Positions 7,194-16,072 of a DNA stretch of 34,483 bases are shown piece after piece (position 1 is the stretch's first letter; each line of letters starts with the position of its first letter). Source of the stretch: a bacterium (GTDB lineage: Bacteria > Chloroflexota > Dormibacteria > Aeolococcales > Bog-877); contig JAKBTP010000101.1 of assembly GCA_021844355.1 (NCBI GenBank), positions 1-34,483 on the forward strand, written 5' to 3'. The notes beneath the pieces were generated by a model that was not told where the DNA came from, did not search any database, and was given only the letters and a program-made list of their open reading frames with translations. The position numbers and the translations under genes are program-made.

Positions 7194-8237
7194 ATGCTAG
7201 CCGCCTACGCGACCAGGGTGGGTGGTGAGGACCCGCTGGCCAACCTCGAGGTGGGGGAGAGGCCGCGGCCGCAGCCGGGCCCTGGGTGGGCGCTGCTGCG
7301 CACCGAGGCGGTCTCGCTCAACCACCACGACCTCTGGACGCTGAGGGGGGTGGGCGCGCCGCCCGGGAGCCTGCCCCGGATCCTGGGCTGCGACGTGGCC
7401 GGGAGGGTGGAGGCGTATGGGCCGGACACCGAAGAGGCGCTGCCCTTGGGCTCTTCCACCGTGGCCCACGCGGTGATCACCTGTGGGGCCTGCGACGCCT
7501 GTCTGGGCCCCGACGAGACCTCCTGCCGCCACTTCGCCATGCTCAGTGAGGGCCCGTACGAGGGCACGCTCGCGGAATACTGCCTGGTGCCCGCGACCAA
7601 CCTCTTCCCCATGCCGGCCGGCCTCTCGGCGCCGGAGGCCGCCTGCCTTCCCACGGCCTACCTCACCGCCTACCGCATGCTGTTCACCAAGGCGCGGCTG
7701 CAACCGGGGGCCACGGTTCTGATCCAGGGTGCCGGCGGGGGGCTGGCCACGGCGGCCCAGGCTCTGGCGCTGGCAGCTGGCCTCCGGGTCCTGGTCAGCA
7801 GCCGCTCGGAGGAGAAACGGCTTCGCGCTCTGGCCCGGGGCGCTCACCAGGCGTTGCCCCCCGGCCGGGAGGCGGTCTCGGCAATCATGGACCTGACCGG
7901 CGGAGAGGGGGTCGACGCGGTGATCGAGTCCGTCGGGGAGCCGACCTGGGCCACCAGCCTCCGCTCTCTGCGCCGGGGCGGTGCGGTGGTGGTCGCCGGG
8001 GCCACGGGAGGGGCTGACCCGCCGGCCGACCTGCGGCGCGTCTTCTGGCGCCAGCTCCGGGTTCTCGGTTCGACCATGGGGACCAGGGCCGAGTTCCGAG
8101 CCCTCCTGGGGTTCACCGAGGCCGCCGGGATCCACCCGCTCATCGACGAGGTCGTGCCCCTGGCCGGGGCCGTGTCCGCCTTCGCCAAGCTGGATTCCGG
8201 ATCGGCCATCGGGAAGCTGGTCGTCTCCGGCACCTGA
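7194..8237 (+). CDS. Medium-chain dehydrogenase/reductase (quinone oxidoreductase/ADH-like)
   Basis: 347 aa; LNHHDLW, ILGCD, CxxCxxC-x7-C structural Zn loop, AYLTAYRML, GAGGGLA Rossmann motif, GSTMG, GKLVV. Confidence 0.88.
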   Translation: MLAAYATRVGGEDPLANLEVGERPRPQPGPGWALLRTEAVSLNHHDLWTLRGVGAPPGSLPRILGCDVAGRVEAYGPDTEEALPLGSSTVAHAVITCGACDACLGPDETSCRHFAMLSEGPYEGTLAEYCLVPATNLFPMPAGLSAPEAACLPTAYLTAYRMLFTKARLQPGATVLIQGAGGGLATAAQALALAAGLRVLVSSRSEEKRLRALARGAHQALPPGREAVSAIMDLTGGEGVDAVIESVGEPTWATSLRSLRRGGAVVVAGATGGADPPADLRRVFWRQLRVLGSTMGTRAEFRALLGFTEAAGIHPLIDEVVPLAGAVSAFAKLDSGSAIGKLVVSGT

Positions 8238-8363
8238 CCCAGCGCCCGTCCTGGGAGAGGTCCAGCTGCGCCTGGTAGAGTCCAGGGCGGCGATGGGGCC
8301 CGCCTGCGCCGGCTGCCGCCGGATGATGGCTTCTACCTCTTTCCCCGCAGGCAGGAGGTGGTT

Positions 8364-10088
8364 GTGGAGACGGTCCCCGAGGCGGCGCCCGGATCTTCGC
8401 TGGCCGGGTGGAGCCAGTCACGAGATCAGGCCCTCCAGGTCCTGGACCGGCTGGCGGAGATGGCGGAGTGGCGAGGTGACAGCGCCGGGGCGGAGAGGCT
8501 CCGTGCGGCCCGGGAGCGACTGGGCGCCGGGCGGCTGAACCTGGCCGTCCTGGGCGAGTTCAAGCGCGGCAAGAGCACGCTCATAAACCGGCTGCTGGGC
8601 GCTCCGGTGCTGCCGGTGGGAGTCGTTCCGATGACCTCCCTCCCCATCCTGGTCGAGCATGGGGCCCGTCCGGAGCTCGCGGTCGAGCTGGCCACCGGCG
8701 AGCAGCTCCGACTCGGGCCGGAAGCTCTGCGGGAGTACGCCACCGAGTCGGGCAATCCGGTGAATCGTCGCCAGGTGACCCGGGTGGTCGTCCGCCATCC
8801 GGCCCCGATCCTGGCGGCCGGGGTGGTGCTGGTCGACACACCCGGGATCGGCTCGGCGCACGATCACAACACGGAGGTGGCGCACCGGGCGCTGGCCGAG
8901 GCCGACGCTGCCGTCTTCGTGCTCTCGGTCGACAGCCCGGCCAGCCGGGCCGAGCTGGACTTCCTCCGCTCAGTCCGGGAGCGGGTGGGGCGTCTGATCT
9001 TCGTTTTGAACAAGGTGGACCTGGTCAGTGCGCCCGAGCTCGAGGAGGCTGCCCAGTTTGTGCGCCGGACGCTCAGCTCCGACGCCGATGGCCTGCCGAC
9101 CGACCTCTTCCCGCTGTCGGCGCGGGAGGGAGATGCCGGCTTCGCGGCGTTCCGCGCCCACCTGGAGGCTGCCCTCACCGGGGGCCGGGCCTCACTGCTC
9201 CTGGGGCGGATGCGCGGCCTGGGCCGAGAGGCGCTGGCGGAGGAGCGTCGGATGGTGGCGCTCCAGCGGTCGGCGATGCGTCTCTCCACCGAGGAGGCGC
9301 ACCAGCGCGCCGAGGGGCTGGAGCGCCTGCTCGGCGAGGTGCGGCGGGCCGCGGTCGAGGTGGAGCAGCTGCTGCACTCCGACGTGGACCGGCTGGTGCC
9401 CGAGGTGGCCAAGCCGGCCATCGAGGAGTTCCGGGCGGCGGCGCTCGCGACCCTGGCCGCGCGGGTACGAGAGCTGGCGGGGTCGGGAAGCTCCCCCCGC
9501 CAGCTGCAGGCCGAGGTCGGCGAGCGGCTCGCCGGCCTGGTCCGGGACTGGATGGGCCGCATCGAGGAGGAGGTGACCGGCGCGCTGGAACCGGTCGCCG
9601 AGCGCCACTCGCAGAGGGCGAACCGGATGCTGGCTTCGGCTTCCGCCCAGATCGCGGCGCTCTTCGAGGTCGACCTAGCCCCCGTGTCCCTAGGAGAGGA
9701 GATGGGAGCGGCCAGCTCGCGACTGGTGCTCCTCGACGATCAGCCGCTCGCCCTGGAGGCCGCCGCGTCCGGCCTGCGCCAGCTCGCTCCGGGCCGCCTG
9801 GGCCGGCGGCTGGTGGAGCGGGAGGCGCTATCCCGGGTGGAGGGGGCCGTCGACCGCCACTGTGGCCGGCTGCGCTACGACATCGCCACACGGTTGGGTC
9901 GCAAGGAAGCGGAGTGGCGCCGCCAGCTCCGCGGGACGCTGGAGCGCCTGGAGGCGACCGTCCGGCGGGCCGGTGAGCTGGCGGAGACGGCGCGCTCCGA
10001 GGGGGCCGAGGCGTGGGCCCGGGCGGTGGCCGAGCTGGACCAGAGGGAGCGTGAAGTGGAGTTCCTGGAGCGGAAGCTGGCGGCCTGA
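8364..10088 (+). CDS. Bacterial dynamin-like GTPase
   Basis: G1 GEFKRGKST, G2 PMT, G3 DTPG, G4 NKVD, then a long helical stalk; start GTG 8364 (or 8358) after GGAGG. Confidence 0.88.
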   Translation: METVPEAAPGSSLAGWSQSRDQALQVLDRLAEMAEWRGDSAGAERLRAARERLGAGRLNLAVLGEFKRGKSTLINRLLGAPVLPVGVVPMTSLPILVEHGARPELAVELATGEQLRLGPEALREYATESGNPVNRRQVTRVVVRHPAPILAAGVVLVDTPGIGSAHDHNTEVAHRALAEADAAVFVLSVDSPASRAELDFLRSVRERVGRLIFVLNKVDLVSAPELEEAAQFVRRTLSSDADGLPTDLFPLSAREGDAGFAAFRAHLEAALTGGRASLLLGRMRGLGREALAEERRMVALQRSAMRLSTEEAHQRAEGLERLLGEVRRAAVEVEQLLHSDVDRLVPEVAKPAIEEFRAAALATLAARVRELAGSGSSPRQLQAEVGERLAGLVRDWMGRIEEEVTGALEPVAERHSQRANRMLASASAQIAALFEVDLAPVSLGEEMGAASSRLVLLDDQPLALEAAASGLRQLAPGRLGRRLVEREALSRVEGAVDRHCGRLRYDIATRLGRKEAEWRRQLRGTLERLEATVRRAGELAETARSEGAEAWARAVAELDQREREVEFLERKLAA

Positions 10089-10097
10089 GCTCGTGCC

Positions 10098-10146
10098 TTG
10101 ACTCCCTTGACCCCGTGGGGGTAACATACATAACGTCACCTTTATG
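10098..10146 (+). promoter_or_regulatory. Promoter(s) and putative ArsR operator upstream of the arsR-ino1 operon
   Basis: TTGACT-N18-TAACAT (10098-10127) and TTGACC-N18-TAACGT (10107-10136); CATAA-N8-TTATG inverted repeat at 10129-10146 overlaps the second -10. Confidence 0.55.
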
Positions 10147-10160
10147 AAAGAAGTCTTTAA

Positions 10161-10604
10161 GTGAGCAGAGTCGGCTCGGACCGTGCCCGCCCCACCCGCC
10201 AGATCCTCCCGCTGGCTCTCACCCCCCTGGTGGAGGGAGACCTCGCCACCTACTTCGAGGGGCTGGCCAACCCCACCCGGCTGCACATAGTGGAGCGGCT
10301 GGCGCAGGTGAAGGAGGCCCGGGTCTCGGACGTGGCGATGCTCCTCGGGATCAGCCAGCCGCGGATGTCCTGGCACCTGCGCCTGCTGCGCCGCGCGGGC
10401 CTGGTCCTGACCCGCCGGGAGGGCCGCGAGGTCTTCTGCCGGCTAGATCGCACGTCGATCGCGGAGAACCTCTCCGCGTTCACGGCCCTGCTGGCCGGTG
10501 ACGGTCAGCCCGGGCTGGCCGAATCCAGGCTCGGCCCGGCCGAGACCATCAATCCGCCGTCCCCACGTCATGGCGTGGAGCGGTCGCTTCCGGAGGTGAT
10601 CTGA
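10161..10604 (+). CDS. ArsR/SmtB-family transcriptional regulator
   Basis: [10 protein letters not shown]...[29 protein letters not shown] winged-HTH signature. Confidence 0.88.
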   Translation: MSRVGSDRARPTRQILPLALTPLVEGDLATYFEGLANPTRLHIVERLAQVKEARVSDVAMLLGISQPRMSWHLRLLRRAGLVLTRREGREVFCRLDRTSIAENLSAFTALLAGDGQPGLAESRLGPAETINPPSPRHGVERSLPEVI

Positions 10605-10605
10605 G

Positions 10606-11784
10606 GTGAGCAAGAAAGTCCGCGTGGCCATCATCGGAGTGGGGAATTGCGCCTCCTCCCTCGTCCAGGGGGTGGAGTTCTACCGCCACACCGAGCCTTC
10701 CCAGTTCGTGCCCGGGCTGATGCACGTGGACCTCGGGGGGTATCACGTGGGGGACATCGAGTTCTCCGCCGCCTTCGACATCGACAAGGAGAAGGTGGGA
10801 TACGACCTCGGCGAGGCGATCTGGAGGGGACAGAACAACACGGTGGCCTTCGCCAAGGTGGGGCCGCTCGGGGTGCCCGTGCATCGCGGGATGACCCACG
10901 ACGGCCTGGGCAAGTACCTCTCCGAGGTCATCGAGAAGGCCCCTGGCCCCACCGCCGACATCGTCAAGATCCTCAAGGACACCGGCACCGACGTGGTGGT
11001 CAACTACCTGCCGGTGGGCTCCGAGATGGCCACCAAGTGGTACACCGAGCAGATCCTGGAGGCCGGCTGCGCCATGGTCAACTGCATGCCGGTGTTCATC
11101 GCCCGCGAGCAGTACTGGCGGCAGCGCTTCGAGGAGCGCGGGCTGCCGATCATCGGGGATGACATCAAGTCCCAGGTGGGCTCGACCATCATCCACCGGG
11201 TGCTGACCCGGCTCTTCCAGGAGCGCGGGGTCAAGTTGGAGCACACCTATCAGCTCAACTTCGGAGGCAACACCGACTTCCTCAACATGCTGGAGCGCGA
11301 GCGGCTGGTCAGCAAGAAGATCTCCAAGACCAACTCCGTCCTCTCCCAGATGGAGCACGAGATCGGGCGGGATGACGTGCACATCGGCCCCAGCGACTAC
11401 GTGCCCTGGCTGAAGGACCGCAAGTGGGCGCACATCCGGATGGAGGGCAAGGCCTTCGGGGAGGTGCCCCTCACCGTGGACCTGAAGCTCGAGGTCCACG
11501 ACTCCCCCAACTCGGCCGGGATCGTCATCGACGCCGTCCGCTGCTGCAAGCTCGGCCTGGAGCGGGGGCTGTCCGGGGCGCTCGAGGGTCCCTCCTCCTA
11601 CTTCATGAAGTCACCGCCATTCCAGGTCTCGGACGAGCGCGCTCACGAACTGACCGAGCTCTTCATCGCCGGCCGGGTCGGGGCCAAGTGCATCAGCGAC
11701 CCTGAGGCGGACCACGCTCCCCGGGCGAGCCAGGATGGGACCGCGGATACCCAGCCTCTCGCCGTCCGCCCAGCGGAAGGGTAG
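10606..11784 (+). CDS. ino1: myo-inositol-1-phosphate (inositol-3-phosphate) synthase
   Basis: [66 protein letters not shown]: actinobacterial/archaeal-type Ino1 motifs. Confidence 0.96.
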   Translation: MSKKVRVAIIGVGNCASSLVQGVEFYRHTEPSQFVPGLMHVDLGGYHVGDIEFSAAFDIDKEKVGYDLGEAIWRGQNNTVAFAKVGPLGVPVHRGMTHDGLGKYLSEVIEKAPGPTADIVKILKDTGTDVVVNYLPVGSEMATKWYTEQILEAGCAMVNCMPVFIAREQYWRQRFEERGLPIIGDDIKSQVGSTIIHRVLTRLFQERGVKLEHTYQLNFGGNTDFLNMLERERLVSKKISKTNSVLSQMEHEIGRDDVHIGPSDYVPWLKDRKWAHIRMEGKAFGEVPLTVDLKLEVHDSPNSAGIVIDAVRCCKLGLERGLSGALEGPSSYFMKSPPFQVSDERAHELTELFIAGRVGAKCISDPEADHAPRASQDGTADTQPLAVRPAEG

Positions 11785-12035
11785 GGCGCCAGGGGACGGG
11801 CTGGGGCCCCGGGGAATCGGATGGCGACCGCGACGGCGGCGGGCAGGGGGACCGGCCGGCTCCTGTCGTCGCCCGTCCAGACCACCTCTGAGTGGGTCTG
11901 CCGGGGTGCGCACGGCGCCAGACTCCTCGAGCCCCTCCCCGGGCCACCCACCGGGAGCGCCGGAGAGCGGTCCCGGGCGTGCACGCAGTGGTCCGCCTCC
12001 CACCACCACCCGGCGCCAGTTCCGGGCGGCGGGAG

Positions 12036-13100
12036 ATGAAGGTCCGGGTGGTCCCCAGCCCGCGCGCCGCGCTCGGGCGGGTGCGTCAGGTCGCCCTGCC
12101 GTCCAGCCTGCCGCGCCCCGACCCCGACGAGCCCTGGCTGCCCTACCTCGGGTTGCGGACCGCGGAGGTGGTGATGCGCTCAGTGGACCGCCGGGTGGCC
12201 TACTGGTTCGCGGGGCCCCTGGCAGCGGCCCTCACCCTCTGCTGGCCCGCCCACTGGCGGGGGCTGCGGGCCAATCTCCAGGTGGTCTGCCCCGGCCTGG
12301 GCCGGAGGGAGATGCGCCGCCTTCTTCGAGCCAACGTGAGCAACTTCCTCAAGGCCTGGGTCGACGTGCTGCAGATGAGCCACCGGCCCCTCGAAGCCTG
12401 GACCCCCTGGGTGCGCACCGAGGACGCCCACCTTCTGGAGGAGGCGCGCCGGCTGGGCCGGGGGGTGATCATCGTCAGTCTGCACCTGGGCTCCTGGGAG
12501 GCCGCCATCGCCGCGCTCCGCGAGAACTTCGACGGGGTCGGGCTGGCGCTGCTGGCCGAACAGGTTCGGCCCATCCGCTGCTTCAACTGGCTGGTGCGCA
12601 ACCGCGCTCGGGTGGGCTGCCAGGTGGTTCCGCTCAACGTGGACGCGGTGCGCCGCGGGGACCAGGCGGCGGTCCACCGTTCCGGGGCCGCGGCGGTGCG
12701 GCAGATCTACCGGATCCTGGGGGCCGGAGGCGTGGTGGTGATCGCCGTCGACCGTGACCTTCTGGGCACCGGTGCGGTGATGCCGTTCCTGGGGCACCGC
12801 GCCTCGATCCCGCTCGGGGCCGTCGAGATCGCCGCCCGGACCGGGGCGGCGGTGCTGCCCGTCTCCCTCACCCGCGATGCGCAGGACAACTATCACTGCC
12901 GCGGCTTCGCACCCTTCACGGTCACGCTGGGCGACGAGCCCCGCGCGGATCTGGAGGCGGCCGCCCGCCGCATCCTGCGCACCCTGGAGCCGGAGCTCCG
13001 GGCTCACCCCGACCAGTGGCATGTGATGAACCCGATCTTCGGCCCTCCGATGGCGGCCGAGGAGCCGGAGCCACCGGGGCTGCGTGAGGTGGCTTCGTGA
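12036..13100 (+). CDS. PatA-like lipid acyltransferase (phosphatidylinositol mannoside / LpxL-type family)
   Basis: GRGVIIVSLHLGSWE, AVDRD, PFLG...PLGAVEIAARTGAAVLP, HPDQWHV; likely start ATG 12036; stop overlaps the pimA-like start (GTGA). Confidence 0.85.
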   Translation: MKVRVVPSPRAALGRVRQVALPSSLPRPDPDEPWLPYLGLRTAEVVMRSVDRRVAYWFAGPLAAALTLCWPAHWRGLRANLQVVCPGLGRREMRRLLRANVSNFLKAWVDVLQMSHRPLEAWTPWVRTEDAHLLEEARRLGRGVIIVSLHLGSWEAAIAALRENFDGVGLALLAEQVRPIRCFNWLVRNRARVGCQVVPLNVDAVRRGDQAAVHRSGAAAVRQIYRILGAGGVVVIAVDRDLLGTGAVMPFLGHRASIPLGAVEIAARTGAAVLPVSLTRDAQDNYHCRGFAPFTVTLGDEPRADLEAAARRILRTLEPELRAHPDQWHVMNPIFGPPMAAEEPEPPGLREVAS

Positions 13101-14269
13101 TCCGGGTGGGGATGGTCTCGCCCTATGACTACCAGCGGCCTGGCGGGGTTGGCGAGCATGTCCGCCACCTCGCCGAGGAGCTGCGGCGGCGCGGGCATCT
13201 GGTCAAGGTGCTGGCCCCGGCTGCCGGCGGCGAACGGTTGGATGTGGAGGGGTTGATCCCGCTCGGGCGGCCCATTCCCTTCCCCGCCAACGGCTCGGTG
13301 GCCAGGATCTCTCTCTCGTTCCATCTCACCCGCCGGATCCGTTCGGTCCTCGCCGAGGAGGCCTTCGACGTCATCCACATCCATGAGCCCCTCATGCCGG
13401 CTCTGCCGATCACCGTCCTCCGGCTGAACCAGGCCAGCGCCGCGGTTGGCACCTTCCATGCGTACGCCCGCCAGAACCTCGGGTACTACTACGGCCGTCC
13501 GCTCCTGCGTCGGCAGTTTCGCCATCTGGACGCCTGCATCGCGGTGTCGGAGCCGGCACGGCGCTTCGTGGCCCGCTACTTCCCCGGCGACTACACGGTG
13601 ATCCCCAACGGGATCGACCCTCAGCGGTTCCACCCGGAGGTGGCCCCCAAGTCTGGCATCAGAGACCCGCGGCGCACGACGATCCTCTTCCTGGGCCGCC
13701 TCGAGGAGCGAAAGGGGCTGTCCACCCTTCTCGACGCCTACCAGCTGCTCCGCCAGGTGCGCACCGACTGCCAGCTGGTGGTCATCGGGGACGGCCCGCT
13801 GCGCCGGGGGTACGAGAGGCGGGTCGAGGAGGAGGGGATCCCGGACGTCCGGTTCCTCGGGTTCGTCCCCGAGGAGGAGAAGCCCGCCCACCTGACCGCC
13901 TGCGACATCTATTGCGCCCCCAACACGGGCAAGGAGTCCTTCGGGGTGATCCTGCTGGAGGCCATGGCCAGCGGCCGCCCGGTGGTGGCGACCGCTATAG
14001 ATGGGTTCCGCCAGGTTCTCACCGACGGCCAGGAAGGGCTGCTGGTCCCCAAGGGGGATGAGGGGCAGATGGCCCGCGCCCTCGCCCAGCTGCTCGATCA
14101 TCCGGAGCTTCGCCTCGAGATGGGGCGGCGAGGCCGGATGACAGCCGAGCGTTACGCCTGGCCGCTGGTCGCGGACCGGGTGCTTCAGGTTTACCGTAGG
14201 GCGCTGCGCCAGCGCTCCTCCCAAGAGGTGCAACCAAGTGTTCAGCAGACTGCTCCAGGCCTCCGTTAG
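13097..14269 (+). CDS. pimA: GT4 glycosyltransferase, PimA-like phosphatidyl-myo-inositol mannosyltransferase
   Basis: RVGMVSPYD..PGGV..HV N-terminus, NGSVAR, DVIHIHEP, GTFH, ESFGVILLEAMA (EX7E); lies between patA-like and PIP synthase genes. Confidence 0.82.
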   Translation: MIRVGMVSPYDYQRPGGVGEHVRHLAEELRRRGHLVKVLAPAAGGERLDVEGLIPLGRPIPFPANGSVARISLSFHLTRRIRSVLAEEAFDVIHIHEPLMPALPITVLRLNQASAAVGTFHAYARQNLGYYYGRPLLRRQFRHLDACIAVSEPARRFVARYFPGDYTVIPNGIDPQRFHPEVAPKSGIRDPRRTTILFLGRLEERKGLSTLLDAYQLLRQVRTDCQLVVIGDGPLRRGYERRVEEEGIPDVRFLGFVPEEEKPAHLTACDIYCAPNTGKESFGVILLEAMASGRPVVATAIDGFRQVLTDGQEGLLVPKGDEGQMARALAQLLDHPELRLEMGRRGRMTAERYAWPLVADRVLQVYRRALRQRSSQEVQPSVQQTAPGLR

Positions 14270-14915
14270 GGCGGCCGCCCAGCGGCTGGCCGCCGCCAGC
14301 CGGCTGGTGGGCCTCAGCCCCAACGCCATAACCCTGATCGGGCTCGCCATCGCCGGCGGCGCGGCGGCCCTCGCGGCCCTGGACCTCCAGCTGTGGGCAG
14401 GGATCGTTCTGCTCCTGGCGGGGGCCTTCGACATCCTCGACGGGGCCGTGGCCCGCGAGTCCGGCCGGGTCCACCCGTTCGGCGCCTTCCTGGACAGCAC
14501 CGCCGACAGGTACGGGGAGGGGGTGCTCTACGCCGGCCTGGCCTACCTCTTCCTCGCCCACCTCCACCAAGAGGTCCCGGTTTTTCTGATCGTGGCAGCG
14601 CTCTTCGGCTCCCTCCTGGTGAGCTACGTGCGGGCCAGGGCGCAGTCCCTGGGGTACACCTGCGACGTGGGCTGGTTCGCCCGCCCGGAGCGTGTGGTGA
14701 TCACGGCCCTCGGGCTGATGCTGGGGCTGATGGTGCCGGTCCTCTGGATCCTGGCGGTCGCCACCAACCTCACCGCCCTGCAGCGGATCCACGCCGTTTA
14801 CCGGCAGTACCGAAAGGCTCAGGATCAGGCGGCTCCCGCGGCCCCCGCTGAGGGGATCCCGGAGCCCGCGCCGGACCCCAGGCGGCGCCGCGGCGCCGCT
14901 CCCAGCTCTCCCTGA
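14238..14915 (+). CDS. pgsA: CDP-alcohol phosphatidyltransferase, phosphatidylinositol-phosphate synthase type
   Basis: SPNAIT, DILDGAVAR..G..FGAFLDSTADR signature, plus SYVRARA, RPER and LQR motifs typical of PIP synthases; in an operon with ino1. Confidence 0.85.
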   Translation: MFSRLLQASVRAAAQRLAAASRLVGLSPNAITLIGLAIAGGAAALAALDLQLWAGIVLLLAGAFDILDGAVARESGRVHPFGAFLDSTADRYGEGVLYAGLAYLFLAHLHQEVPVFLIVAALFGSLLVSYVRARAQSLGYTCDVGWFARPERVVITALGLMLGLMVPVLWILAVATNLTALQRIHAVYRQYRKAQDQAAPAAPAEGIPEPAPDPRRRRGAAPSSP

Positions 14916-14958
14916 CCAGCGGACCCTTTCGAACTTCGGATCTCCGACCAACCGGGGG

Positions 14959-15026
14959 TTTCCACCTAGTGGAAAGCAGGTGTAATCCCCACTTGGTTGA
15001 CTATTCACTGGTCCCGGGTCTACTCT
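14959..15026 (+). promoter_or_regulatory. glpF operon promoter with upstream palindromic site
   Basis: TTTCCAC-cta-GTGGAAA (14959-14975), then TTGACT-N18-TACTCT (14997-15026). Confidence 0.55.
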
Positions 15027-15099
15027 CTGCCTGCCGACCCGTGGGCTGCCGTCAGCCACGTCGCTCGGTCGAGAGCCGATCAGAGGAGGGACAGGTAGC

Positions 15100-16056
15100 A
15101 TGGCGATGGAGTACACGCCGCTGCACGGGGAGGGGAGATCCTTCGCCGGGCTGAGCGGCCTGTTTGGCGAACTCATGGCCGAGGTCTTCGGCACCCTGAC
15201 GCTGATCGCCTTTGGGGACGGCGTGGTGGCGGTGGCGGTGGCGGGCCTCCCCGAATCCGGGCGCACCGCCGGGCCCACGGTGATCTTCCAGGCGGGCGGC
15301 GACTGGCTGCTCATCACCTTCGGGTGGATGTTCGCGGTGGTCATGGGCATCTACGTGGCGGGTGGAATCACCGGCGCCCACCTCAACCCGGCCGTGACCC
15401 TGGGGCTGGCGGTGCGCCGCAAGTTCCCCTGGAACAAGGTCCTCCCCTACATGGGGGCGGAGCTGGTGGGGGCGATCTTCGGCGCCCTCATCGTCTACAT
15501 GGTGTACGGGCCCGCCATCCAGGCCTGGGACCTGGCGGCCAAGACGGTGCCGGCGGCGGGCAACGCTCTGGCCAGCTACTCGATCTTCGCGACCTTCCCG
15601 GCCCCCTACTTCCACGGCAGCGTGGTGGGGCCGCTGGTGGACCAGATAGTGGGCACGGCGTTCCTTCTCATCCTGGTGCTGGCGATCACCGACGGCCGCA
15701 ACCTGGCGCCGGCGGGGAACATGGGCCCCTGGCTGGTGGGCGCCGCGGTGGGCGCCATCGGCATGTCGTTTGGCCCCAACGCCGGATACGCCATCAACCC
15801 CGCCCGTGACTTCGGGCCGCGCTTTGTGGCCTGGCTCTTCGGCTGGGGCAAGGTGGCCTTCCCCGGGACCTACAGCGCGGGGGCGTTCCACTTCTCCAAC
15901 TACTTCTGGATCCCGATAGTGGGGCCGCTGGTCGGCGGGGTAATCGGGGTCCTGCTCTACGACTACTTCATCGGCGATGTACTGGCCTCCCGGCTCAAGA
16001 AGGGCGAGGGCGAGCCCCCGCAGGGACGGGTGACCAGCGAAAGCCAGCAGTCGTAG
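15100..16056 (+). CDS. glpF: Glycerol uptake facilitator (aquaglyceroporin, MIP family)
   Basis: GAHLNPAVT and [13 protein letters not shown] (NPARD marks the glyceroporin type), IFATFP; GAGGAGG SD. Confidence 0.95.
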   Translation: MAMEYTPLHGEGRSFAGLSGLFGELMAEVFGTLTLIAFGDGVVAVAVAGLPESGRTAGPTVIFQAGGDWLLITFGWMFAVVMGIYVAGGITGAHLNPAVTLGLAVRRKFPWNKVLPYMGAELVGAIFGALIVYMVYGPAIQAWDLAAKTVPAAGNALASYSIFATFPAPYFHGSVVGPLVDQIVGTAFLLILVLAITDGRNLAPAGNMGPWLVGAAVGAIGMSFGPNAGYAINPARDFGPRFVAWLFGWGKVAFPGTYSAGAFHFSNYFWIPIVGPLVGGVIGVLLYDYFIGDVLASRLKKGEGEPPQGRVTSESQQS

Positions 16057-16072
16057 GTGGCGGGCTAGCGCC

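Noticed and set aside
7194-8237. MDR as the missing glycerol dehydrogenase for the dha genes
   Set aside because: Catalytic-Zn ligands are absent, it is not GldA/DhaD family, and it lies 7 kb away under separate control.
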